64,000 nucleotides of DNA from a bacterium (GCA_029565675.1 JAKQNP010000021.1:97630-161629), one strand, 5' to 3'; counted from the first letter of the stretch, positions 18,880 through 27,841 are shown. Numbers and translations: made by a program. The notes: generated by a model from the sequence alone, not told the origin.

Positions 18880-19855
18880 CTTCGTAAAACGTCAATACGG
18901 TGCGCCACTCGAGCGCATCTCCGGTTTTGACCTCAAAGCGGTGGGCGCTGTGGGGACCGAGCACTCGGTCGTTGCCAAGAATTTCCAGTTTTTGTGCCGG
19001 CAGAGTGTTGTGAACCTGCACACCGATGCCTGCCTGGGGATTTTCCAATTGAAAAATGACCTTGATCGATCGGTCAGAAGATTGATAGGCAACGGTTTCC
19101 ACCGTTTCTTTTTTCTGCACCGGTCTTTTTAGCAAAAAATCGTTGCTCAACAACTGCCAGGTCTCTGTGCTATCCTCGATTACAGGGATTTCTTTGGCCA
19201 GGCGCAGAATCAGGTTGGAATCGATCGGCTGGTGATCGATATTGAAGCGAAATGTACAGTTCAGGTCGCTCGTCAACAGAGTGCGGCCGACATTTTCCAG
19301 AATCGACTGAATTTCGACTGTGTTCGGGGGGAGCAAACGAATGCGTTTGCCGTAAAAGTAGCCGCTGTCCTTGCCGTACACCAGTGAATTTTCCACAATT
19401 GCCCAAGTCTGACCATTGGACATTTCCCACCTGGCTGGTTCTATGACTTTCGGCTCCTCCACGTCCTGGTATTGAATTTGGCCGATACCTGGCCGAACGC
19501 CGAAACCGGATTTTCCCTGCTCGTACGGGAAGAGCGCCAGCTCGCGGTTGAATTCGTTGAGAATGCCGATGCCGTGATCTGGATTGAGAGGATCGTGGTC
19601 ATCCGGCCATTCCGTAATAAACGTATGGCCTTTGTAGCTGATCTGAGCGATTTGATTGCCCCAATCATAGCGCGTGCCGCGATAATACCCGTTTTTGGCA
19701 TCCGGCTTAAAAAGAGTCAACTGCAAATCCCCGCTGCGCAATTCGATCTTGGGATATTTGTCTTCAAGATAATAACCATCCGGATTCTTGCGCTGGCATT
19801 GCAGAAAAAAGACCGCTGCCAAACACATGCTCAAGAGGAAAAAACCTTTTCTCAT
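18869..19855 (-). CDS. hypothetical lipoprotein
   Basis: The lipobox LQC follows an N-terminal signal. No family recognised. Confidence 0.45.
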   Translation of the reverse strand: MRKGFFLLSMCLAAVFFLQCQRKNPDGYYLEDKYPKIELRSGDLQLTLFKPDAKNGYYRGTRYDWGNQIAQISYKGHTFITEWPDDHDPLNPDHGIGILNEFNRELALFPYEQGKSGFGVRPGIGQIQYQDVEEPKVIEPARWEMSNGQTWAIVENSLVYGKDSGYFYGKRIRLLPPNTVEIQSILENVGRTLLTSDLNCTFRFNIDHQPIDSNLILRLAKEIPVIEDSTETWQLLSNDFLLKRPVQKKETVETVAYQSSDRSIKVIFQLENPQAGIGVQVHNTLPAQKLEILGNDRVLGPHSAHRFEVKTGDALEWRTVLTFYEVRQ

Positions 19856-20327
19856 TGTCCAGGTCCTGTTTTACGGTACAAGAGTTCATTCATCGATTAA
19901 TAAGGGTTTGTTTCAGGATTACGAATATAGAATTTATCCCCTTTCGATGCAAGCAGATTCGCCCGAATCTGCTGGCTTGTTGCACAACGCGGGCTGACGG
20001 CGTCGATTTGGTTGCCTTGCTGCTGTGCGCTGTTGTCTGCTTCTGCTCCGAAAACCGCTCGAAATGCCCAGTCTGTCGATGAAGCAGACAAATTGACAGA
20101 CTGCAGTCTGCAAAGTTGACATAATGACAGTCATGCGCCAATTATAAATAAACAGCATTAGAGCATAAATAACAATAAGATAGCTAATTCATCTTCAATT
20201 TGGCACGGCGTTTGTTACAGTTGAAGGCGAAAGCATAAAGTCGAAATTGCAAAAAAAAAGAGCATACACAAGCGGTTGGCCAAACCCCGGTACACCGCAA
20301 ACAGCAACCATAAAGGAGGAATAAACC

Positions 20328-20756
20328 ATGTTACTCGTTGATCCTTTTCGCGCTTTGGAAGTAGAACGCGAGTTTGATCGCGTGCAGCGGGAAATGAACC
20401 GCTTCCTGCGTGGCACACAGCCCGCGACAGCTTATCGCTATCCTGCAGTCAACATCTGGACTCGCGATGAAGACGCTCTGGTCACTGCTGAATTGCCCGG
20501 CTATTCCATCGATGATATGGAAATTTCGGTGCACAACAAATCGCTGACCATCAGCGGCAAGCGGCGTCCTGTTAAAGAGGAAAATGTCACCGTGCACCGA
20601 AACGAGAGGAAGCCCGATGAATTTCAGCGCACCGTTTTGATGCCCTTCGCTATCGATGCGGAAAAAGTCACGGCGCGTTATGAAAAGGGTATTCTGACGA
20701 TCACATTGCCGCGCCTTGAAGCGGACAAACCCAAAAAGATTGAAATTCGCGCTTAA
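20328..20756 (+). CDS. Hsp20/alpha-crystallin small heat-shock protein (copy 1)
   Basis: ACD domain motifs (AVNIWTRDEDALVTAELPG...; ...GILTITLPR). Confidence 0.85.
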   Translation: MLLVDPFRALEVEREFDRVQREMNRFLRGTQPATAYRYPAVNIWTRDEDALVTAELPGYSIDDMEISVHNKSLTISGKRRPVKEENVTVHRNERKPDEFQRTVLMPFAIDAEKVTARYEKGILTITLPRLEADKPKKIEIRA

Positions 20757-20801
20757 TCGAGAACAACTGAATCGTTGATCAATGATTGTGAGGTGATAAT
20801 C

Positions 20802-21206
20802 ATGGCCAATAAAGAAAAAAGCTTGCAGAAACGCGAGCCTGAAACCGTGAGCACAGTGGAACGAACCCGTTCGCAAAAGGTGTTCGTTCCGCTGGTGGAC
20901 ATCCGCGAAACCGACAACGCGATTGTTTTAACCGCCGACATGCCCGGTGTGGACGAAAAGTCGGTCGATATCACTCTGGAAAAGAATGTCTTGACCATTG
21001 ACGGCCGGGTAGATATGGTGACCCCGGATGGCCATCAGCTGAGCTATATGGAATATGAAACCGGTGATTTCCAGCGCGCTTTTACCCTTTCCGACGAAAT
21101 CAACCGTGAGGGGATCGAGGCGCAGGTCAAAGATGGGGTTTTGCAGGTGACTCTGCCCAAGGCCGAGCCGGCCAAGGCGCGTCGAATCGATATCAAAGTG
21201 GGTTAA
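20802..21206 (+). CDS. Hsp20/alpha-crystallin small heat-shock protein (copy 2)
   Basis: ACD domain (VDIRETDNAIVLTADMPGV...GVLQVTLPK). The start is at MANKEK. Confidence 0.85.
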   Translation: MANKEKSLQKREPETVSTVERTRSQKVFVPLVDIRETDNAIVLTADMPGVDEKSVDITLEKNVLTIDGRVDMVTPDGHQLSYMEYETGDFQRAFTLSDEINREGIEAQVKDGVLQVTLPKAEPAKARRIDIKVG

Positions 21207-21224
21207 ATCATAAGGAGGTGCAAA

Positions 21225-21722
21225 ATGCCGATTCGCGATTTAATTCCGAGTTGGCGGAATCGCAAGCCGGTCGCTGCAGAGCGACAGGAATCAAATCCCT
21301 TTATGCGCCTGCAGGCGGAAATCAATTCGATATTCAATTCGTTCTTTGATGATTTTGCTCTGCAACCATTTCAAGGCGAGACATCAGGTTTTACCCCTTG
21401 TACCGATATTCGCGAAACAGACAAGGAATATATTGTCGAATGCGAACTGCCGGGACTGGATGAAAAGGATGTCGAAATCGATTTAAATTCCGATGTTTTG
21501 ACTCTGCACGGTGAAAAAAAAGCCTTTAATGAGGAAAAACGCGGCGAATACCACTGCATCGAGCGCATGACCGGGCGTTTTGAACGCCATCTGCCATTGC
21601 CGGCGGATGTGGATAGAGAAAAGATTACCGCTGCTTTTAATAAGGGCGTTTTGCAGATTAGGCTGCCCAAGCAGGCGGATGTGCGAAGCGCCAGCAAACG
21701 AATTCTGATTCAGAACAAATAA
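21225..21722 (+). CDS. Hsp20/alpha-crystallin small heat-shock protein (copy 3)
   Basis: ACD domain (TDIRETDKEYIVECELPG...GVLQIRLPK). RBS AAGGAGG. Confidence 0.85.
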   Translation: MPIRDLIPSWRNRKPVAAERQESNPFMRLQAEINSIFNSFFDDFALQPFQGETSGFTPCTDIRETDKEYIVECELPGLDEKDVEIDLNSDVLTLHGEKKAFNEEKRGEYHCIERMTGRFERHLPLPADVDREKITAAFNKGVLQIRLPKQADVRSASKRILIQNK

Positions 21723-21728
21723 CCTCTT

Positions 21729-21770
21729 GGCCTTGTGCAGGGCTGTCGGTTCTGCACAAGGCCAATTTTG
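21729..21770 (+). terminator. Rho-independent terminator after the Hsp20 triplet
   Basis: A 12-bp perfect stem GGCCTTGTGCAG / CTGCACAAGGCC with an 11-nt loop, followed by AATTTTG. Confidence 0.6.
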
Positions 21771-21802
21771 CGCATCAGCCGCTTTTCCTTAAGCAAATTC
21801 CC

Positions 21803-21859
21803 TTGACAAAATACCCCGAATTGTCTACATTAAAACCTGCAAAACCTTTGATTTTGCAG
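21803..21859 (+). promoter_or_regulatory. Candidate sigma70 promoter (TTGACA-N17-TACATT) immediately followed by an 8-bp perfect inverted repeat CTGCAAAA-N7-TTTTGCAG, a putative operator of the BMC operon
   Basis: Read directly: TTGACA at 21803-21808, TACATT at 21826-21831, and the inverted repeat at 21837-21859. It lies about 210 bp upstream of the first BMC gene. Confidence 0.5.
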
Positions 21860-22069
21860 AATTCATCAACATCCCGCCTCAAGTCATGCATCATTCGAAT
21901 CGCCTGCAGGTTTGGTGCAGCGATCCCAACCGCTGACGAGACTGTTTGGATGTGATCGCCATCAGGTGCAAGATATCGCACCGGTTTTGCTGAGACTGCC
22001 AATTTGTTGTTTTGCTATGAATTCTGCTGGCAACAAGTTCGGGATTAAGATCAACCAAGGATTATAACC

Positions 22070-22387
22070 ATGGAATTGGCTAGGGTTGAGGGAACGATTG
22101 TTTCCACCATGAAATCTGAGCGGCTCAAAGGTCGCAAACTCACGCTGATCAATTTGGTCGGTCCGGATACTCAGCCGATCAATTCCTATCTCGTTGCCAT
22201 CGATCCTCTCGGGGCTGGGGTCGGCGAAATCGTCCTGGCGGTGCGGGGCAGTTCGGCGCGGCAGAGCGACGACCTTGCCACAGTTCCGACCGATACCAGC
22301 ATCGTCGCGATAGTCGATTCCGTCGAGCATTTGGGCAAAATGGTGTATCGCAAGGACCAGCCCAAAAAAACGAGGTCAGCCAGTTGA
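22070..22387 (+). CDS. BMC vertex protein (BMC-P, EutN/CcmL/PduN family), paralog 1
   Basis: MELARVEGTIVST...GRKLTLIN...VAIDPLGAGVGEIVLAVRGSSAR matches the EutN_CcmL fold. Confidence 0.85.
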   Translation: MELARVEGTIVSTMKSERLKGRKLTLINLVGPDTQPINSYLVAIDPLGAGVGEIVLAVRGSSARQSDDLATVPTDTSIVAIVDSVEHLGKMVYRKDQPKKTRSAS

Positions 22388-22650
22388 AGCTCGGACAGGT
22401 GGTCGGCACGGTATGGGCGACGGCCAAGGACCCCAAAATACGCTCGATCCGGCTCTGTCTGATGGTGCCGGTGGATGAAACGTTCCAGCCGATCAGCAAA
22501 CGGCCGCTGGTGGCTGCCGATCCGCTCAACACCCGCACCGGCGATGTGGTTTATTGGGTTGGCGGGGCGGAGGCGACCTTTGCGTTGGCCGACAGACAGA
22601 TTCCCAGCGATGTAACCATCGTCGGTCTGGTAGACCGAATCGATTTGTAG
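22384..22650 (+). CDS. BMC vertex protein (BMC-P), paralog 2
   Basis: TTG start. LGQVVGTVWAT...VAADPLNTRTGDVVYWVGGAEA. It overlaps paralog 1 by 4 bp. Confidence 0.8.
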   Translation: MKLGQVVGTVWATAKDPKIRSIRLCLMVPVDETFQPISKRPLVAADPLNTRTGDVVYWVGGAEATFALADRQIPSDVTIVGLVDRIDL

Positions 22651-22681
22651 AAACAGAACCATCTTCGATCGGCGGCTCTCT

Positions 22682-22966
22682 ATGATTCTGGCACGTGTCA
22701 TCGGCAGCTTGGTATCAACCGATAAACACAGCTGTTATGCAAACAAAAAGTTGATGTTGGTTCGCCCGATCGAACCCGGTGGTTCGTTTACCGGACCTGT
22801 TCAGGTTGCAGTGGACACGGTCAGTGCCGGAAAAGGCGATTGTGTGCTGGTCGCCAGCGAAGGACGGGCGGCGATGGAAATTCTCGGTTTTGATCGCCGC
22901 ATGCCGCTGCGCAGCGTGATTGTCGCTATTGTCGATCGCATCGATCACCCAAACGCCGCCAAATAG
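22682..22966 (+). CDS. BMC vertex protein (BMC-P), paralog 3
   Basis: MILARVIGSLVST...VAVDTVSAGKGDCVLVASEGRAAM. Confidence 0.8.
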   Translation: MILARVIGSLVSTDKHSCYANKKLMLVRPIEPGGSFTGPVQVAVDTVSAGKGDCVLVASEGRAAMEILGFDRRMPLRSVIVAIVDRIDHPNAAK

Positions 22967-22985
22967 GATACCGACAGCTGCTGAT

Positions 22986-23654
22986 ATGGATGCTTCTGAA
23001 CGCGAGAAATTGATCGAGTTAATCGTTGAACAAGTCCTGCGGCAATTGCAGCAAATCGACAGTCTGTCGATTTCTGCAGCAAGGCCAGCGGTCTCCTTGA
23101 ACAAACGATTGATCACCGAACAGGATGTAAAGGCTCTGGTTGCCGCCGGCAATCAAGAGGTGTTTATCGGCCCGCAAAGCCTGATCACACCATTGGCGCA
23201 GGATACCCTGCGCGCGCACCGAATCGTTGTGCAGCGCGGCTTGCCGCCCGGCTCCGCTCCCGCGGCCAAAGACAAGACTGTCGCGCTCTTGGCTGGCGAT
23301 GCAACGAGCGAGTTTCGCCGCGCGCTGGCGCAGATTCTTCAATCCAAGGGTTGCTGCGTGCAGCTGATCGAGGATCGTTTGCCCTCCTTTGCAGAGCGCG
23401 AGAAAAAAGTCCGCGAGCTGGCCCATCGGATTGCAGCCAACGAATTGCACAGTGCCGTGGTGTTGGATGGCAAGGTTTTTTGTCTCAATATCGCCGCCAA
23501 CCGCATCGAACGGGTGCGCGGCGCGATTTGCTGGGATGTATCGTCAACCCGATTGGCGCGCGACGGTTGCGGCGCCAATATTTTGTTCGTCAATGACCGT
23601 CTGATCGACCAAAGCACAATCGCCGAGATGGTACGCGTTTGGATACAGGATTAA
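22986..23654 (+). CDS. BMC-associated fusion protein: N-terminal amphipathic helix plus an EutQ-N-terminus-like segment, fused to an RpiB/LacA/LacB-family sugar-phosphate isomerase-like domain
   Basis: N-term EKLIELIVEQVLRQLQQ is encapsulation-peptide-like. LITEQDVKALVAAGNQEVFIGPQSLITPLAQDTL resembles the EutQ N-terminal region. The C-terminal half (LDGKVFCLNIAANRIERVRGAICWDVSSTRLARDGCGANILFVNDRLI) aligns to the RpiB motif GTGIGMSIAANKVxGIRAALC...HNDANVL. Confidence 0.55.
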   Translation: MDASEREKLIELIVEQVLRQLQQIDSLSISAARPAVSLNKRLITEQDVKALVAAGNQEVFIGPQSLITPLAQDTLRAHRIVVQRGLPPGSAPAAKDKTVALLAGDATSEFRRALAQILQSKGCCVQLIEDRLPSFAEREKKVRELAHRIAANELHSAVVLDGKVFCLNIAANRIERVRGAICWDVSSTRLARDGCGANILFVNDRLIDQSTIAEMVRVWIQD

Positions 23655-23683
23655 AAAGTCGCCGCCAGAGCTGTTGCGGATAG

Positions 23684-25027
23684 ATGGTCGGAACAGGATT
23701 GGAAATGAAGGAACTCGTCGAACAAGTGCGGGAGGCAGGAGTGGTCGGTTCCGGCGGCGCCGGATTCCCCACCCATGTCAAACTCGAAGCACAAGCAGAG
23801 TGGTATCTGGCTAACGGCGCCGAGTGCGAGCCCCTGATGCACAAGGACCGCGAGCTGATGGTCCACTTTGGCCGGGAAGTGGTCGACGGTTTGGAAAAGG
23901 CGGCTGATTGCGTTCAGGCACAAAAGACAGCGATCGGCATTAAATCCAAAAATCGCAACGCCATCGACGCAATTCAGGCGGCGATTCGCCGCGATTCCAT
24001 GCACGTGCACGAATTTGGCGACTTTTATCCGGCAGGCGACGAGTACGAACTTGTTTATGGCATCACCGGCCGACTGATTCCGCCGCAGGGTATCCCCCTG
24101 AATATCGGCGTGGTGGTCAACAACATCGAGACACTGGTCAATATTTCTCGTGCCGTTGCCGGCAAACCGGTCACCGACACGTTCATGACTCTGACCGGTC
24201 TGGTCAAGACCCCGCTCACCACCTGGTTACCGATCGGATTGTCGGTGCGTGAAGCTTTGCAGATCGCTGGTGGTCCGATGATCGATGATTTTGCGGTCAT
24301 GGAGAGCGGGCTGATGATGGGAAAATTGGTGCAGAATCTCGACCAGCCAATCACCAAGACCACCGGCGGGTTGATCGTCTTGCCGGCAGCTCACGATTTG
24401 ATCAAGCGCATCAGCCGGCCGACTGCAGCCCAGCACCGCATCGGCCATTCGGCTTGCGATCAATGCAGCTATTGCACCGAACTCTGCCCGCGCTACTTGC
24501 TCGGCTATGAGGTCAAGCCGCACCTGGTGATGCGCAGCCTTGGATTCACCCAGATGGGCAAGGAATTGTGGAATCAAAACGCTCTGCTCTGCTGTCAATG
24601 CGGCCTTTGTACTCTCTATGCCTGCCCCGAAGGGCTTTACCCGCGCGAGGCGTGTGTGCAGGGCATGAACGATTTGCGCAAGGCCGATAAGGGAAAGTGG
24701 ACTGGCAGCTGCGATATCCAGGTGCATCCGATGAAAAACTCGCGGCGGGTGCCGATTAAAATGTTGATGAACCGTCTGGGTGTCAGCCAATACGAATCGC
24801 ATGCCGAGTACCAGGAGATGCGCGTCGAGCCGGCGCGTGTGGTCATGCCGCTCAAACAGCATGTTGGTCAGGCAGCGGAACCGGTGGTCAAGGTCGGCGA
24901 AAGCGTTCGCCGCGACCAGCTGATCGCCGAGATACCAGATGGAAAACTGGGCGCCCGCGTGCACGCCAGTATCGACGGCAAGATCAGCGCGATCCAAAAT
25001 GAACGAATCACCATCGAACGAGGGTAG
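23684..25027 (+). CDS. PduS-like RnfC-family flavin/Fe-S electron-transfer protein
   Basis: GVVGSGGAGFPTHVKL (RnfC/NuoF-type NADH/FMN site) and two ferredoxin motifs (CDQCSYCTELCP; CCQCGLCTLYACP). The likely start is at MKELVEQV (23705). Confidence 0.8.
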   Translation: MVGTGLEMKELVEQVREAGVVGSGGAGFPTHVKLEAQAEWYLANGAECEPLMHKDRELMVHFGREVVDGLEKAADCVQAQKTAIGIKSKNRNAIDAIQAAIRRDSMHVHEFGDFYPAGDEYELVYGITGRLIPPQGIPLNIGVVVNNIETLVNISRAVAGKPVTDTFMTLTGLVKTPLTTWLPIGLSVREALQIAGGPMIDDFAVMESGLMMGKLVQNLDQPITKTTGGLIVLPAAHDLIKRISRPTAAQHRIGHSACDQCSYCTELCPRYLLGYEVKPHLVMRSLGFTQMGKELWNQNALLCCQCGLCTLYACPEGLYPREACVQGMNDLRKADKGKWTGSCDIQVHPMKNSRRVPIKMLMNRLGVSQYESHAEYQEMRVEPARVVMPLKQHVGQAAEPVVKVGESVRRDQLIAEIPDGKLGARVHASIDGKISAIQNERITIERG

Positions 25028-25032
25028 CGAGC

Positions 25033-25584
25033 ATGCAGATGCGCGCAGTGGGATTGATCGAATTGAACAGCATCGCTGCCGGTATCGACGTGGCGGATGC
25101 CATGCTGAAATCCGCGCAGGTGGAACTTGTGCTGGCGCGAACGATCTGCTCGGGCAAATATCTGGTGATCGTCGGCGGCGAAGTGGCGGCCGTGCGCGCC
25201 AGCGTTGATGCCGGTGCGCAGCGGTGGCCGGGCACGGTGATCGATTTGATGGTGATTCCCAATGTGCATCCTTCGATTTTTCCGGCCATCGCCGGATCCA
25301 ATACGATCGACAAACCGGGTTCTCTCGGGGTGATCGAGTCGTTCAGCGTCGGCTCGCTGATCGAGGCGGCTGACATTGCGGTCAAGACAGCGGCAATCGA
25401 AGTGATCGAAATCCGTCTGGCCATGGCTCTGGGCGGCAAGGCCTTTGTCACCCTGACCGGCGATGTCTCGGCCGTGCGAGCTGCTGTGGATGCCGGCGCC
25501 GCCCATGTGGCGCAAAAGGGTTTGCTGGTCAACAGCGTGGTGATCCCAGCCCCCAGCAAGCAGCTCTATAGAGATTATATTTAA
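25033..25584 (+). CDS. PduT-like tandem-domain BMC shell protein (BMC-T) with a conserved pore cysteine, a putative [4Fe-4S] site
   Basis: Two BMC (PF00936-like) repeats within 183 aa. It is near-collinear with Salmonella PduT (GLIELNSIAAGIDVADAMLKSA..., TICSGKY versus PduT TICPGKF). Confidence 0.85.
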   Translation: MQMRAVGLIELNSIAAGIDVADAMLKSAQVELVLARTICSGKYLVIVGGEVAAVRASVDAGAQRWPGTVIDLMVIPNVHPSIFPAIAGSNTIDKPGSLGVIESFSVGSLIEAADIAVKTAAIEVIEIRLAMALGGKAFVTLTGDVSAVRAAVDAGAAHVAQKGLLVNSVVIPAPSKQLYRDYI

Positions 25585-25660
25585 GCAGCCCGGTCTGCGA
25601 GACAGAAACGCACTCCTTTGTCGCCAGTGCGGCGAAGAGCAGTGAAGCAGGAGTATCTTC

Positions 25661-26329
25661 ATGTCCATTTCCAATGATGAACTCACCCGTAAGGTCGAAA
25701 CCATCGTCCGGCAGGTGATCGATTCGCTCTATCCTGCAACCAATGATTCGGCCATTCCTTTGGGCATTTCGGCGCGGCACCTGCACATCTGCCAGGAGGA
25801 TCTGGAAATTTTGTTCGGCAAAGGCGCGCAGTTGACCAAAATGCGCGATCTGAAACAACCGGGTGAATTCGCCGCCAACGAGACGGTCACCGTGGTCGGA
25901 CCGAACCGCAGGATGTTCGAAAAGGTGCGCATCCTCGGCCCTACCAGACCGCAGACTCAGGTCGAGATGGCCTATTCAGATGGCCGTTTCCTGGGCATCG
26001 AGTTGCCGCATCGAATTTCCGGCAACATCAAAGGCTCCGCGCCCATCACGCTGATCGGTCCGGAAGGTGTTTTGCGCCTTACAGAAGGTGCGATTCGGGC
26101 GATGCGCCACCTGCACTGCAGTCCGCAAGACGCCGCCCGTCTGGGCATCAGGGATGGGGAGGAGGTCAGTGTGCGCACCGAAGGGGAGAGCAGCGTCACC
26201 TTTAATCATGTGGTGGTGCGCATCAAGGACAAATTGAAACTCGAAATGCATGTGGATACCGACGAGGCCAATGCCGCCGGTTTGACTGCGGCCAATGCCT
26301 TTGGTTATCTGGTCAAGGAGCAAAAATAG
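25661..26329 (+). CDS. pduL: PduL-type phosphotransacylase (phosphate propanoyl/acyl-transferase)
   Basis: Two PTAC repeats (GISARHLHICQED...; CSPQDAARLGIRDGEEV). The N-terminal amphipathic helix LTRKVETIVRQVIDSL is a typical PduL encapsulation peptide. Confidence 0.85.
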   Translation: MSISNDELTRKVETIVRQVIDSLYPATNDSAIPLGISARHLHICQEDLEILFGKGAQLTKMRDLKQPGEFAANETVTVVGPNRRMFEKVRILGPTRPQTQVEMAYSDGRFLGIELPHRISGNIKGSAPITLIGPEGVLRLTEGAIRAMRHLHCSPQDAARLGIRDGEEVSVRTEGESSVTFNHVVVRIKDKLKLEMHVDTDEANAAGLTAANAFGYLVKEQK

Positions 26330-27751
26330 ATGGCAGATTTTGATCCAACCCTGGTCGCAGAAATCGTCAGGCGAGTGATAACCGAGCTGAACCACAGCAC
26401 TGGTGCAGCAGCCGGGACGACCGGGGTCACCAACGGCATATTTGCCACTGTGGATCAAGCCTTTGCCGCTGCGGAAAAGGCACAAAAGATCTGGCATGCG
26501 ATGCCGCGTGCCGATAAAGCGAAAGTCATCGCTGCCTTGCGCCAGACCATGCATGATCATGCGGAAGAATTTGCCCGCCGGGCGCAACAAGAAACCGGCA
26601 TGGGACGGGTCGAAGACAAGATCGCCAAACACCACAATGCCGCTGACGCCACACCGGGACTGGAAGACCTCGAGGTGCGTTCCTGGAGCGGTGACAAGGG
26701 TTTGGTGGTGGAAGAATACGCCCCTTATGGCGTCATCGCGGCGATCACCCCGTCGACCCATCCGATTCCGGTGCTCTTGAACAGCTCGATCATCATGATT
26801 GCGCCGGGCAACGCTGTCATTTTCAATGTTCATCCAGCGGCCAAAAATGTTTCCGCCTATGCGATGGAAATCTTTAACCGCACCATTGTCGACAACGGCG
26901 GCCCGGCCAACCTGATCTCCATGCTGCGGGAGCCGACCATGGAAGGGGCCAACGAGCTTTTCCATCATCCGCAGATCCGTCTGATCGCTGCCACCGGCGG
27001 TCCAGGCCTGGTCAAGGCGGCTTTTGCAGCCGGCAAAAAAGTGGTGGCGGCCGGACCGGGCAATCCACCGGTGGTGGTGGATGTGACTGCCGATCTCGAT
27101 CGCGCCGCCCGAGAGATAATCAAAGGCGCCTCTTTCGACAACAACATCCTTTGTATTGCGGAAAAAGAAGTGTTCGTCGTCGATGGCGTTTTCGACCGGT
27201 TTATGCAAGCCATGGCGAATGCCGGAGCGGTACGGCTGAACGCGGCGCAAATCGAAATGCTCACGGCCAAGGCGTTCGGCAAGAACGACAAGGGCCAGGT
27301 CTTTGTCAGCCGCGACTTGATCGGCAAAAACGCCAATGTCCTGGCTGCGATCGCCGGCCTGACGCTTCCCGACCAGGTGCGGATTCTGTATGGCGAAACC
27401 GACAAGAATCATCTCTTTGTGCAGGAAGAGCAAATGATGCCTTTCCTGCCCATCGTCCGCTGTCCATCAGTGGAACAGGCCATTGAATGGTCGGTGGAAG
27501 CCGAGCATGGCTTCGGTCATACGGCCATGATCTATTCCAATCATCTCGAAACCATCACCCGGTTTACCCGTGCGATCGATACCGATATCGTGGTGGTCAA
27601 TGGACCGAGTGGTGCAGGCAATGGCGGTTATTCTGGCGAAGGGTATTTTTCCCATACCATCGCCAGTCCCACGGGAGAGGGTATTTGCACGCCGCGCGAT
27701 TTCGCCCGGGTCCGCCGATTGGCGATCTATGAAAATTTACAGGTCGTCTGA
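26330..27751 (+). CDS. CoA-acylating aldehyde dehydrogenase (PduP/EutE-like) with an N-terminal encapsulation peptide
   Basis: AldDH fold with the catalytic Cys in ILCIAEKE. The N-terminus DPTLVAEIVRRVITEL is followed by a Gly/Ala/Thr-rich linker. Confidence 0.85.
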   Translation: MADFDPTLVAEIVRRVITELNHSTGAAAGTTGVTNGIFATVDQAFAAAEKAQKIWHAMPRADKAKVIAALRQTMHDHAEEFARRAQQETGMGRVEDKIAKHHNAADATPGLEDLEVRSWSGDKGLVVEEYAPYGVIAAITPSTHPIPVLLNSSIIMIAPGNAVIFNVHPAAKNVSAYAMEIFNRTIVDNGGPANLISMLREPTMEGANELFHHPQIRLIAATGGPGLVKAAFAAGKKVVAAGPGNPPVVVDVTADLDRAAREIIKGASFDNNILCIAEKEVFVVDGVFDRFMQAMANAGAVRLNAAQIEMLTAKAFGKNDKGQVFVSRDLIGKNANVLAAIAGLTLPDQVRILYGETDKNHLFVQEEQMMPFLPIVRCPSVEQAIEWSVEAEHGFGHTAMIYSNHLETITRFTRAIDTDIVVVNGPSGAGNGGYSGEGYFSHTIASPTGEGICTPRDFARVRRLAIYENLQVV

Positions 27752-27841
27752 TTGTCCGCTTGATAGGGCATTCAAACGAAAACAAGTTAAACCAAAGGAT
27801 AACCAACGGATCTTATTCCACAAATTGAGGAGAATTCAGTC

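Noticed and set aside
20201-20216. Sigma54-type promoter TGGCACGgcgtTTGTT upstream of the first Hsp20 gene
   Set aside because: The -24 element is good, but the near-invariant -12 GC is GT here, and no enhancer-binding protein gene is nearby. Too weak to call.
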